Shown: positions 1 to 51,918 of the stretch, piece after piece
Layout: each line of letters begins with the position of its first letter
Position numbering within the stretch: position 1 is the stretch's first letter
From: Styela clava
Taxonomy: Eukaryota
Reading direction: 5' to 3'
Length of the DNA stretch: 64,000 nucleotides
Assembly: GCF_964204865.1 (NCBI RefSeq)
Contig: NC_135255.1
Location: forward strand, 1,550,001-1,614,000
Made by a program: the position numbers and the translations under genes
The notes under the pieces: model-generated
Told to the model about the DNA's origin: nothing
The model's input: only the letters and a program-made list of their open reading frames with translations
Database searches by the model: none

Positions 1-209
1 TAGACTTCGAACCGTCGTACAGTGCTTCATCTCAAACGAAGCGGTATACTATTCCCATACCTTCCATGAACTGATACTCGGATGACAGGCTGTGGTTCGC
101 CATGTTATTGAGCTGTCTCATTTTAATACATCTGGGTAGAAAACAAGATAGTTTTTTATTTATCCTTATATTCATATTCAATGCCTTACATCATATCAAT
201 TTTTAACAG

Positions 210-39381
<39,172 letters not shown>

Positions 39382-39744
39382 AGAAAAAATATAGTAATTA
39401 TGTTTAGATTTGCAAACCTCAAAAACATATCCTTCATTTCTATACAATTAGAAAACATTTTAAATGGATATGATTATTGCATTGTTCAACATATTTTTAT
39501 ATTTCAATTTTGTAAGTCTCTTTGTATATTAAATCATGTTAGATCATTGTACCAGAACTGCCATTTTTCAATCAACGTTCGAAAGTATTCTAAAATTGCA
39601 CATAGAAGACTGAAAATTTTCAGTTTTTTTCTACAGTATTTCTAAAAACTCTTTACACGATAGCGAAAAAATTTGCTGTAAAATACTGGTTAACAGGGAA
39701 GGAAATTCCTTATGAGTGTCAACTAAAAATGAATTTTTTAACAA

Positions 39745-39932
39745 AATAAATTCTGAATGCTTTTAGCGAATAAAAACAACTTGTATTTAACTATATATTT
39801 TCAAACTTTGAATTTGCTTCTATGCTAATATTTCCAGCATATATACAGTTATTTTTTCATTTAATATTCATTTTTAGACTCATTTTTACGTTCATACATT
39901 TTGTTCATTTTATTACTAACTAACTCAATAAA
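39745..39932 (+). promoter_or_regulatory. Candidate polyadenylation signals of the long isoform
   Basis: AATAAA at ~39745, ~39769 and ~39927, downstream of the stop at 39381. AT-rich DNA produces these by chance. Confidence 0.35.
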
Positions 39933-40096
39933 TGCACTTATTGTATAGTGCTGAAATATAAAATCTCGTCTGAATGGTGTTGAGTTCTAAGTCTACCAGT
40001 GAAAATTAATGCTTTGTGACTGGTTGAAATGTCCGGTATGCTTTTGTGGTTCGCTGGAATTTACAATTGTGTCAGACTGTGGAAACGTATAACTAT

Positions 40097-40180
40097 CAGG
40101 ATAGGATAGGATTTACATATTTATCCTGGGGAGAGGAAAGTCGATAAGACGGCTTAATCATATGGCGAACTACGGTCTCT
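40097..40180 (-). mobile_element. 5'-truncated SINE fragment, same family as 9976-10231
   Basis: aggataggataggatttacatatttatcc...gataagacggcttaatcatatggcga is the reverse complement of the SINE 3' end at ~10160-10231. Confidence 0.7.
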
Positions 40181-41604
40181 TAGAAAAAGAAGTCGATTCA
40201 TAATGCTACTAGCACACTTATCCAAGTTTTAGAACAGAAAGGCTAATGCTGTAGGTCTCTACTCTGAGAGAAGTTTCTTTTTTTGGACGTTGGCCAGTTC
40301 GATTACGTCTTACACAGATTTGTAATCAGAGTAAAAATGTGGTGACCAATGTTAGCATTGATACAGAAGTTAACTTTCAAAAATACGTTTCACAAATATC
40401 TAAAATTGTTAGACAATCACTAATTTGTCAAAATCATTTGTTTTATTTCGCCATTTAACTAGGAACGGAATAAGATAGGTGATTATATTAAATACTTTAT
40501 GGACTTTATGGACGCTGAAAAATCACGTTTTTCCATTCTCGCTCCCAATACAGTATATCACTTAGTTTATAAACTTTATATCGTGTATAAGGTCACGACC
40601 GTTTCCAGCAATATGTACTATCATATTTATATTGAATGAACTCCTTTCAAATAACCCAAAGATAGAAATCAGTAAAATATTCAAATATGTAATAAATTGT
40701 TAGAGGTTGAGAAACTTTTCCATGTTCAACAGTTGTGAATGCTTGTTACTTTTATTAATCAAACAATAAACGAGATCTTGATTTTTCCAATAATTCATTT
40801 CATCAGATAAATAATATTCTTCAACAAACTTATTTGGGTATATCATTACCTTATTGTGTTGGCCATTGCAGAGAGAACGATAATTTGACCTTGTACTTAT
40901 CTTGGCTGAGCATTCTTTGTTTCACTTTGTCTTTTTTTGTGTATTTTTTATTAATGTTCATATTGTCCCGTTTTCATGAGAATTTCTTTATTTCGCGTAA
41001 TCCCTTGCTGACACATTTCTTTCTTATATGTTTCCGATTTAATAACTCGAGACCATTTTAGAGTTTTCTTACCGACTTCAGTCAAACTGAGATATAATGA
41101 AGGTCCCCCAACTACAATGTCCTGGTTATGTATGAATAATGTACCATAATTTGCTAACAGTAACCGTCAATGTTGTTGAATGTGTAGTGTAAATGATATT
41201 TGAAAGCCTGAAGCAGGTTATGTTTGTGATTACAATAAAAAATGTAAATAGATCCAATGTAAGACTCACAAAGTTCACTTTTTTTCTCAATATTGCTACT
41301 CCATGTTTAGCTGTTAATGATAAATAGTGTTAAATTGGGTGAGTTTTGTCGCATTCGTGAGAATACCGCTTTTCCGGAACCAACATGTCAGATACTGTTT
41401 ATATATTCCGCGTGGACATAACTGCAGTAAATGACCTAAATTAAACACATTACCGGTATTTAAAGAGATTTTAAGATCAAGAAGAAGCTACTTTGCAGAA
41501 CTTTTGACACTATATTGGAGTTTTTGAAGTCACTCGTGAGATTTATTCGCGACGAATGGTTCAATTCCAGCCGATAGTTGATTTTTCTATGAGCCGTGAC
41601 ATAT

Positions 41605-41655
<51 letters not shown>

Positions 41656-41658
<3 letters not shown>

Positions 41659-44600
41659 AATACGGTAGTTAAGTAGACATACCGTGCTAAAAAAGCAACA
41701 GTTATGTAGACGGAAAAATTGGGTAGACATTTTCCTGCCCGCTTAATTATTCCACGTTCCATAATTAAAACGTTTTGCGATATTTTGCTGAAATCTCTTT
41801 TTCTCTGATAAAACAGTATTAAAATTAATATGTTCTTTCAATATTTTTTAAATAATTGCACATTTTCGCCAACTTTAATGGGACAGTAGTTCTGCTGGTT
41901 TATAATCAACGGGTTTAACTTTCGTACATAAAGTAGACATTTTATTTATGCAAAAATCTTTTAATTTTTCGGTATATGTTTTTACGATTTTTGGAGAGTA
42001 GGTTTGATAATTTTGATACAATAACCAGGCAGAACATGAAGATCGTCCTTTCTGTTTTTTTGCAATATACGCTCAATAAACTGAAAAGGACCTCAATTCA
42101 CAACTCCGTACTAAAAAGGCTTTGTGTCACAATAGTAAAACTGCCGGGTTCGCCGAGAACTTTACCACGTTTGCCGTTTTGTTCGCAAGTAACCTGGGCG
42201 CCGTGAGGGGATCGGGATCTTTATGAGTGCGTGATGCCGAAATTTAGATAAAATAGAACAGTTGTGTTTGGAGTAGCGATCCAAGTCTTTTGTGTCAGGT
42301 GTTATCAGTTACCCAGTGAGTTGAAGTCGAGTCATAATAAGCAAGGATTTCAACGTCACCGAGGAATGCTGCTGGAAATCATCACTCATCGGATAAGGTG
42401 ATTAGTCATAACGATTTTTAATATTAGGGTTACTATATTTTTGGTGTTGAGATTTTTCACGTAATCCAGATTATCAAAATAAAGACTACTGATACTGTTA
42501 TGCTTTTACTGGTCGTAGTTCTGATCTGACCATCAAAATAATGCTACGACTGGGTTTGCGTTTGTAAGAGTGTGTAATTCAGAAGGATTTCTAAATCCAG
42601 ATGAAAATACAAACGAAGATTGTGAAAATTCAATGAATTCAATTTTTTGTCGAAACAGAAGGATATACGAGAATCGAGTAGTTGACGTTTGTATAGCTTG
42701 GTGTAAATAAAAATATCTAATACACCGCTTCATATTAGATTAGAATATTTCATCTTCGGAAAACAGTTTTGAAGAATTGCATTGCTAGCAATTTTGTTTC
42801 GTGATTTGGCACATGTCCCTGTGTTATTTTATCATCTTCATCTAGTTATTCACCGGGCTATATTTTTTTTGTTCACATGTAGGTGACTCTCCAACGAGAT
42901 AGCCTACGTTTCAGAACTTGGCAGACGGAAATGCGGGTAGTGATTCGGAGAAAGCTGTGCCAGGAGGTGACTAAATAAGTTTGCTATGCTAGTTTTTTTT
43001 ATTAAATACAGTATCGTAAATTGATACCAATGAATGTTAATAAACCAAATCATAATATCATTTGTAGCCCATCACAAATAGCGCAGCTATCTACGAATAA
43101 TTGTAGTGCAACGTTTAGGAACTCTGGTTTATTTGAGTAATAATGCGATTATTCATTTCAAACATTTCGTTTGTTCGATCAATCAAGAGTAGCGTAATTC
43201 TGAATTGGACTAAAACACTGTGATGATGTTTTGTGACTTATGCATGTATTTTTGACCAAAGTTTCAGGTAAGTCAACAGACTATACCGCACCATCTTCAG
43301 AATCACTTTCAATAAGCAATTTAAGTGATTTCGAAGAAAACCATATATATGGAAAAGAAAAAGGCTGTAAATCAATTAAAAAAAAAGCTTCTAAACAAAC
43401 GCGAACCAGAAAAGAAACGACGAAAAGAAAAATAATTGCACGGATTGCTATATCTTGCGAGAAGTTTATTGTAAAGCTTTAAGACATCTCTGTATAATTC
43501 ATAAAGATGAACCGGCAGTGAGCATAATCTTGTCTCTCCTCAACAACTTAACCTAGTGAGCATATCCACATTCGTATACATACTTGGCATATATTTTTAC
43601 TATTTAATTATAAATTCAAAATAACAATCATGTTTTTGTTTTCCGAGTTGGTGCAAAAATTTAAATAAATTGTGCAAAGATTCTAAATTGATATTGAGGT
43701 TCAATAATTTCATTTTGATCGCTTGTATAGTTGACTGTATAATCAATCACTGCTATAATTAGGCGCCCTGATAGGTAGACATTTGAGTTATATTTGGTGT
43801 AATGTTTCTCATTTTAGTTGACATGGCAAAATTTCGTTTCGCATTTATAGGCCCCACTGAAAACGTCACTTTATTGAACATTTAAGATATGTTGTGTATA
43901 ATGTTTCTCGATATTTTATTCAGAATTTCGTGTTTTAATTATATACCTTCTGAAATGGTCGAATGGTTGAAATTTTTTTTGAATGCTTCTCAATATTATT
44001 GCCATTCCAAAATATCATTTTGCATTTACATGACACACTTACGTAGCTGAGTAGATGACGATTTGCGATTAATTTTCTGTTTTGTTTTTCAATACGGTTT
44101 CAAAATTTTGTTTTATAATATTTGTCACTCTCAAGTTATCGGATAGGTGAACATTAGAGATAAAGTTTGAGCAATTTTCCACAACATCGAAATATGATTA
44201 GTATTCGAAATTTCGTATTTCAGTTAAATTTCACACACTTAAGTGTGTGAGATCTATTTTGTGTAAGATTTCTCAATACGATTCCAGAATTTTGTTTCAA
44301 TAGTTGTATGCCTCACTTAGGTGGTCGGATATGCGGACATTTGAGATATATATTTTGTGTAATGTTTCTCAATATTATTTCAGAATTTTCATTTCAATTT
44401 TTGTATACCCCACTTAGATTTGAGATATTCTTTGTGTAATGTTTCTCAATATGATTTCCGAGTTTCCATTGCGATTGTTTTATGCCACACTTAGGTGGTC
44501 GAATAGGTGGACATTTGAGATATACTTTGTGTAATGTTTCTCAATGTGATTTCAGAGTTTTCATTGTGATTGTTTTATGCCACACTTAGGTGGTCGGATA

Positions 44601-46991
44601 GGTGGACATTTGAGATATACTTTGTGTAATGTTTCTCAATATGATTTCAGAATTTTCATTTCAATTATTGTATGCCACACTTAGGTGGACATTCGAGATA
44701 TGCTTTGTGTAATGTTCTCAATATGACTTCAGAATTTTCATTTCAATTCTTGTATGCCACACTTAGGTGGCTGGATAGGTGGACATCTGAGATATATATT
44801 TTGTGTAATGTTTTTCAATATGATTTCAGAGTTTTCATTGTGATTGTTTTATGCCACACTTAGGTGGTCGGATAGGTGGACATTTGAGATATACTTTGTG
44901 TAATGTTTCTCAATATGATTTCAGAATTTTCATTTCAATTCTTGTATGCCACACTTAGGTGGCCGGATAGGTGGACATTTGAGATATACTTTGTGTAATG
45001 TTTCTCAATATGATTTCAGAGTTTTCATTGTGATTGTTTTGCGCCACCCTTAGGTGGTCGGATAGGTGGACATTTGAGATATACTTTGTGTAATGTTTCT
45101 CAATATGATTTCAGAGTTTTCATTGTGATTGTTTTATGCCACACTTAGGTGGTCGGATAGGTGGACATTTGAGATATACTTTGTGTAATGTTTCTCAATA
45201 TGATTTCAGAATTTTCATTTCAATTCTTGTATGCCACACTTAGGTGGCCGGATAGGTGGACATTTGAGATATACTTTGTGTAGTGTTTCTCAATATGATT
45301 TCAGAATTTTCATTTTAATTCTTGTATGCCACACTTAGGTGGCCGGATAGGTGGACATTTGAGATATACTCTGTGTAATGTTTCTCATTACGATTTCGGA
45401 ATTTTCATTTTAATGTTTCATGCCACACTTAGGTGGCCGGATAGATGGACATTTGAAATATACTTTGTGTAATGTTTCTCAATATGATTTCAAGAGTTTT
45501 CATTTTGATTGTTTTATGCCACACTTAGGTGGTCGGATAGGTGGACATTTGAGATATACTTTGTGTAATGTTTCTCAATATGATTTCAGAAGTTTCATTT
45601 CAATTCTTGTATGCCACACTTCGGTGGCCGGATAGGTGGACATTCGAGATATACTTCGTGTAATGTTCTCAATATGATTTCAGAATTTTCATTTTATTGT
45701 TTAATGCCACACTCAGGTGGCCGGATAGGTGGACATTTGAGATATATTTTGCATGATGTTTCTCAATACGATTTAAGAATTTTCATTTTAATGTTTAATG
45801 CCACACTTAGGTGGCCGGATATGTGGACATTTGAGATATACTTTGTGTAATGTTCCTCAATATGATTTCAGAATTTTCATTTCAATTCTTGTACGCCACA
45901 CTTAGGTGGCCGGATAGGTGGACATTTGAGACATACTTTGTGTAATATTTCTCAATATGATTTCAGAATTTTTATTTCAATTCTTGTACGCCACACTTAG
46001 GTGGCCGGATAGGTGGACATTTGAGATATATTTTGTGTGATGTTTCTCAATATGATTTAGGAATTTTTTTTTCAATCGTTGTATGCCACCCTTAGGTGGT
46101 CGGATAAGTTGACATTTGAGATATATTTTGTGTAATGTTTATCAATATGATTTCAGAATTTTTATTTCAATTCTTTTATGCCACACTTAGGTGGCCGGAT
46201 AGGTGGACATTTGAGATATATTTTGTGTGATGTTTCTCAATATGATTTAAGAATTTTTTTTTCAATTGTTGTATGCCACCCTTAGGTGGTCGGATAAGTT
46301 GACATTTGAGATATATTTTATGTAATGTTTATCAATATTATTGGAATGCCATAATTTTGACTTGGTATTGATATCTTGACACTCACAACATAGCATCTGT
46401 TTAATCTATATGTTGCACCATAGGGTTGGAATAGGCGAACATTTGTGATATGCTCTGTGTATTTCTCAGTTTCAAATATATAACACGTTTGGATCAATTT
46501 GTTTCGATTTGTCTACCTTCACGTTGCATTTTGAGTATTTTTTGATATAGAAGAATATTTCGAACACCAAACACAGTGCATCTCCCTTGCACGAAAGACG
46601 GAACATTGAAAAAGAAATGCTATTTTTTGTGATAAATATTGCTAAATGGTTCGAATCCATCGGAAATTGAAGCGAGGTCATACGCTTTAAAATGCGTATT
46701 AAAATAAAAGCAACATCATTTATGCAGACATCCAGAGCGACATATAAAAGGAGGTCCGGCTTAGTGCCGAAATAGGCTAAAACATTTGGTGGTCTGAATT
46801 AAGTGGACGAATTAAGCGGACAAAAATTCTATATCTTTTATCGAGAGGATTGTGTTGACTCTTTTTCTCCGTAGTTGTCAACGGCTCTCGCGCTCTCCAA
46901 GCACGTATTTAAAAACAATGATACGGACACAGGAACGACGTCCGCTTAAGTACTGCAAATATGGCAGGTCCGTTTAACTACCGTAATAGAG
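41656..46991. mobile_element. ~5.3-kb non-autonomous DNA-transposon-like element, copy 1, (TA)n-flanked
   Basis: Left end TCTAATACGGTAGTTAAGTAGACATACC versus reverse complement of the right end TCTATTACGGTAGTTAAACGGACCTGCC (imperfect TIR). (TA)n tracts lie on both sides. It is colinear with 47035-51918. Confidence 0.75.
44245..46345. repeat. 95-bp minisatellite array 1 (~22 units)
   Basis: Unit atgccacacttaggtggtcggataggtggacatttgagatatactttgtgtaatgtttctcaatatgatttcagaattttcatttcaattcttgt; GCCAC motifs at 44853, 44948 and 45043 give a period of 95. Confidence 0.95.
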
Positions 46992-46992
46992 T

Positions 46993-47034
<42 letters not shown>

Positions 47035-47037
<3 letters not shown>

Positions 47038-50000
47038 AATACGGTAGTTAAGTAGACATACCGTGCTAAAAAAGCGACAGTTATGTAGACGGAAAAATTG
47101 GGTAGACATTTTCCTGTCCGCTTAAATATTCCACGTTCCATAATTAAAACGTTTTGCGATATTTTGCTGAAATCTCTTTTTCTCTGATAAAACAGTATCA
47201 AAAATAATATGTTCTTTCAATATTTTTTAAATAATTGCACATTTTCGCCAACTTTATTGGGACAGTAGTTCTGCTGGTTTATAATCAATGGGTTTAATTT
47301 TCGTACATAAAGTGGACATTTTATTTATGAAAAAATCTTTTAATTTTTCGGTATATGTTTTTACGATTTTTGGAGAGTAGGTTTGATAATTTTGATACAA
47401 TAACCAGGCAGAACATGAAGATCGTCCGTTCTGTTTTTTGCAATATAAGCTCAATAAACTGAAAAGGACCTCAATTCACAACTTCGTACTAAAGAGGCTT
47501 TGTGTCGCAATAGTAAAACTGTCGGGTTCGCCGAGAACTTTACCACGTTTGCCGTATTGTTCGCAAGTAACCTTGGCGCCGTGAGGGGATTGGGAACTTC
47601 ATGAGTGCGTGATTGCCGAAATTTAGATAAAATAGAACAGTTGTGTTTGGAGAAGCGATCCAAGTCTTTTGTGTCAGGTGTTATCAGTTACCCAGTGAGT
47701 TGAAGTCGAGTCAAAATAAGCAAGGATTTCAACGTCACCGAGGAATGCTGCTGGAAATCATCACTCATCGGATAAGGTGATTAGTCATAACGATTTTTAA
47801 TATTAGGGTTACTATATTTTTGGTGTTGAGATTTTTTACGTAATCCTGACTATCAAAATATAGACTACTGATACTGTTATGCTTTTACTGGTCGTAGTTC
47901 TGATCTGACCATCAAAATAATGCTACGACTGGGTTTTTGTTTGTAAGAGTGTGTAATTCAGAAGGATTTCTAAATCCAGATGAAAATACAAACGAAGATT
48001 GTGGAAATTCAATGATTCAATTTTTTGTCGAATCAGAAGGATATACGAGAAGCGAGTGGTTGACGTTTGTATAGCTTGGTGTAAATAAAAATATCTAATA
48101 CACCGCTTCATATTAGATTAGAATATTTCATCTTCGGAAAACAGTTTTGGAGAATTGCATTGCTAGCAATTTTGTTTTGTGATTTGGCACATATCCCTGA
48201 GTTATTTTACCATCCTCATCTAGGTATTTACTGGGCTGTATTTTTGTTCACATTTAGGTGACTCTCCAACGAGATGGCCCACGTTTCAGAACTTGGCAGA
48301 CGAAAATGCGGGTAGTATTCGGAGAAAACTGTGCCAGGAGGGGACTAAGTGAGTTTGCTATGCTTGTTTTTTTATTAAATACAGTATCGTAAATTGATAC
48401 CAATGAATGGTAATAAACCAAATCATAATATCCTTTGTAGCCCATCACAAATAGCGCAGCTATCTACGAATAATTGTAGTGCACCGTTTAGAAACTCTGG
48501 TTTCTTTGAGTAATAATGCAATTATCCATTTCAAACATTTCGTTTGTTCGATCAATCAAGAGTAGCGTAATTCTGAATCGGACTAAAACACTGTGACGAT
48601 GTTTTGTGACTTATGCATGTATTTTTGACCAAAGTTTCAGATAAGTCAACAGACTATACCGCACCATCTTCAGAATCACTTTCAATAAGCAATGTAAGTG
48701 ATTTCAAAGAAAACCATATATATGGAAAAGAAAAAGGCTGTAAATCAATTAAAAAAAAAAGCTTCTAAACAAACGCGAACCAGAAAAGAAACGACGAAAG
48801 GAAGAATAATTGCACGGATTGGTATATCTTGCGAGAAGTTTATTGTAAAGCTTTAAGACATCTCTGTATAATTTATAAAGATGAACCGGCAGTGAGCATA
48901 ATCTTGTCTCTCCTCAACAACTTAACCTAGTGGGCATATCCACATTCGTATACATACTTGGCATACATTTTTACTATTTAATTATAAATTCAAAATAACA
49001 ATCATGTTTTTGTATTCCGAGTTGGTGCAAACATTTTAAATAAATTGTGCAAATATTTTAAATTGATATTGAGGTTCAATAATTTCATTTTGATCGCTTG
49101 TATAGTTGACTGTATAATCAATCACTGCTATAATTAGGCGCCCCGGTAGGTAGACATTTGAGTTATAATTGGTGTAATGTTTCTCATTTTAGTTGACATG
49201 GCAAAATTTCGTTTCGCAGTTATAGGCCCCACTGAAAACGTCACTTAATTGAACATTTGAGATATGTTGTGTATAATGTTTCTCGATATTTTATTCAGAA
49301 TTTCGTGTTTTAATTACATACCTTCTGAAATGGTCGGATGGTTGAAATTTTTTTTGAATGCTTCTCAATATTATTGCCATTCCAAAATATCATTTTGCAT
49401 TTACATGACACACTTACGTAGCTGAGTAGATGACGATTTGCGATTTATTTTCTGTTTTGTTTTTCAATATGGTTTAAAAATTTTGTTTTATAATATTTGT
49501 CACTCTCAAGTTATCGGATAGGTAAACATTAGAGATAAATTTTGAGCAATTTTTCACAACATCAAAATATGATTAGTATTCGAAATTTCGTATTTCAGTT
49601 AAATTTCACACACTTAAGTGTGTGAGATATATTTTGTGTAAGGTTTCTCAATACGATTCCAGAATTTTGTTTCAATAGTTGTATGCCACACTTAGGTGGT
49701 CGGATATGCGGACATTTGAGATATATATTTTGCGCAATGTTTCTCAATATTATTTCAGAATTTTCATTTCAATTTTTGTATGCCCCACTTAGGTGGTCGG
49801 ATAGGTGGACATTTGAGATATACTTTGTGTAATGTATCCCAATATGATTTCAGAGTTTTCATTTTTTTTTTTTGCCACACTTAGGTGGTCGGATAGGTGG
49901 AAATTTGAGATATACTTTGTGTAATGTTTTTCAATATGATATCAGAATTTTCATTTCAATTCTTGTATGCCACACTTAGGTGGCCGGATAGATGGGCATT

Positions 50001-51918
50001 TGAGATATACTTTGTGTAATGTATCTCGATATGATTTCAGAATTTTCATTCCAATTCTTGTATGCCACACTTAGGTGGCCGGATAGGTGAACATTTGAGA
50101 TATACTTTGTGTAATGTTTCTCAATATGATTTCAGAATTTTCATTTCAATTCTTGTATGCCACACTTAGGTGGCCGGATAGGTGGACATTTGAAATATAC
50201 TTTGTGTAATGTTTCTCAATATGATTTCAGAGTTTTCATTGTGATTGTTTCATGCCACACTTAGGTGGTCGGATAGGTGGACATTTGAGATATACTTTGT
50301 GTAATGTTTCTCAATATGATTTCAGAGTTTTCATTTCAATTCTTGTATGCCACACTTAGGTGGCCGGATAGGTGGACATTTGAAATATACTTTGTGTAAT
50401 GTTTCTCAATATGATTTCAGAGTTTTCACTGTGATTGTTTCATGCCACACTTAGGTGGTCGGATAGGTGGACATTTGAGATATACTTTGTATAATGTTTC
50501 TCAATATGATTTCAGAGTTTTCATTTCCATTCTTGTATGCCACACTTAGGTGGCCGGATATGTGGACATTTAAGATATACTTTGTGTAATGTTTCTCAAT
50601 ATGATTTCAGAAGTTTCATTTCAATTCTTGTGTATGTCACACTTAGGTGGTCGGATAGGTGGACATTCGAGATATACTTCGTATAATGTTCTCAATATGA
50701 TTTCTGAATTTTCATTTTAATGTTTAATGCCACACTTAGGTGGCCGGATAGGTGGACATTTGAGATATACTTTGTGTAATGTTCCTCAATATGATTTCAG
50801 AATTTTCATTTCAATTCTTGTATGCCACACTTAGGTGGCCGGATAGGTGGACATTTGAGACATACTTTGTGTAATATTTCTCAATATGATATCAGAATTT
50901 TTATTTCAATTCTTGTACGCCACACTTAGGTGGCCGGATAGGTGGACATTTGAAATATATTTTGTGTGATGTTTCTCAATATGATTTAAGAATTTTTTTT
51001 CAATTGTTGTATGCCACCCTTAGGTGGTCGGATAAGTTGACATTTGAGATATATTTTGTGTAATGTTTATCAATATACTTTCAGAATTTTTATTTCAATT
51101 CTTGTATGCCACACTCAGGTGGCCGGATAGGTGGACATTTGAGATATATTTTGTGTGATGTTTCTCAATATGATTTCAGAATTTTTTTTTCAATTGTTGT
51201 ATGCCACCCTTAGGTGGTCGGATAAGTTGAAATTTGAGATATATTTTGTGTAATATTTATCAATATTATTGGAATGCCATAATTTTGACTTGGTGTTGAT
51301 ATCTTGACACTTACAACATAGCATCTGTTTAATCTATATGTTGCACCATAGGGTTGGAATAGGCGAACATTTGTGATATGCTCTGTGTATTTCTCAGTTT
51401 CAAATATATAACACGTTTGGATCAATTTGTTTCGATTTGTCTACCTTCACGTTGCATTTTGAGTATTTTTTGATGTAGAAGAATATTTCCAACACCAAAC
51501 ACAGTGCATCTCCCTTGCACAAAAGACGGAACATTGAAAAAGAAATGCTATTTTTTGTGATAAATATTGCTGAATGGTTCGAATCCATCGGAAATTGAAG
51601 CGAGGTCATACGCTTTAAAATGCGTATTAAAATAAAAGCAACATCATTTATGTAGACATCCAGAGCGACATATAAGAGGGGTCCGGCTTAGTGCCGAAAT
51701 AGGCTAAAACATTTGGTGGTCTGAATTAAGTGGACGAATTAAGCGGACAAAAATTTTATATCTGTTACCGAGAGGATTGTGTTGACTCTTTTTCTCCGTA
51801 GTTGTCAACGGCTCTCGCACTCTCCAAACACGTATTTAAAAACAATGATACGGACACAGGAACGACGTCCGCTTAAGTACTGCAATTATGGCAGGTCCGT
51901 TTAACTACCGTAATAGAG
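47035..51918. mobile_element. ~4.9-kb element, tandem copy 2
   Basis: Same termini and colinear internal sequence as copy 1, with scattered substitutions and a shorter minisatellite; flanked by (TA)n at ~46996-47035 and ~51920-51944. Confidence 0.75.
49620..51270. repeat. 95-bp minisatellite array 2 (~17 units)
   Basis: Same unit as array 1, at the equivalent position in element copy 2. Confidence 0.95.

Noticed and set aside
1-135. GC-richer stretch at the window start as an exon
   Set aside because: It gives no frame with matching motifs. It weakly resembles the SINE-family 3' region (gttcgccat...), but is too short and truncated to call.
45420-45850. Repetitive MPHLGGRIGGHLRY ORFs
   Set aside because: These are chance translations of the 95-bp minisatellite, whose length is not a multiple of three.
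44245-51270. 95-bp periodic array with an internal palindrome as a CRISPR array
   Set aside because: The whole unit repeats with no unique spacers, there are no cas genes, and the context is eukaryotic. It is a minisatellite.
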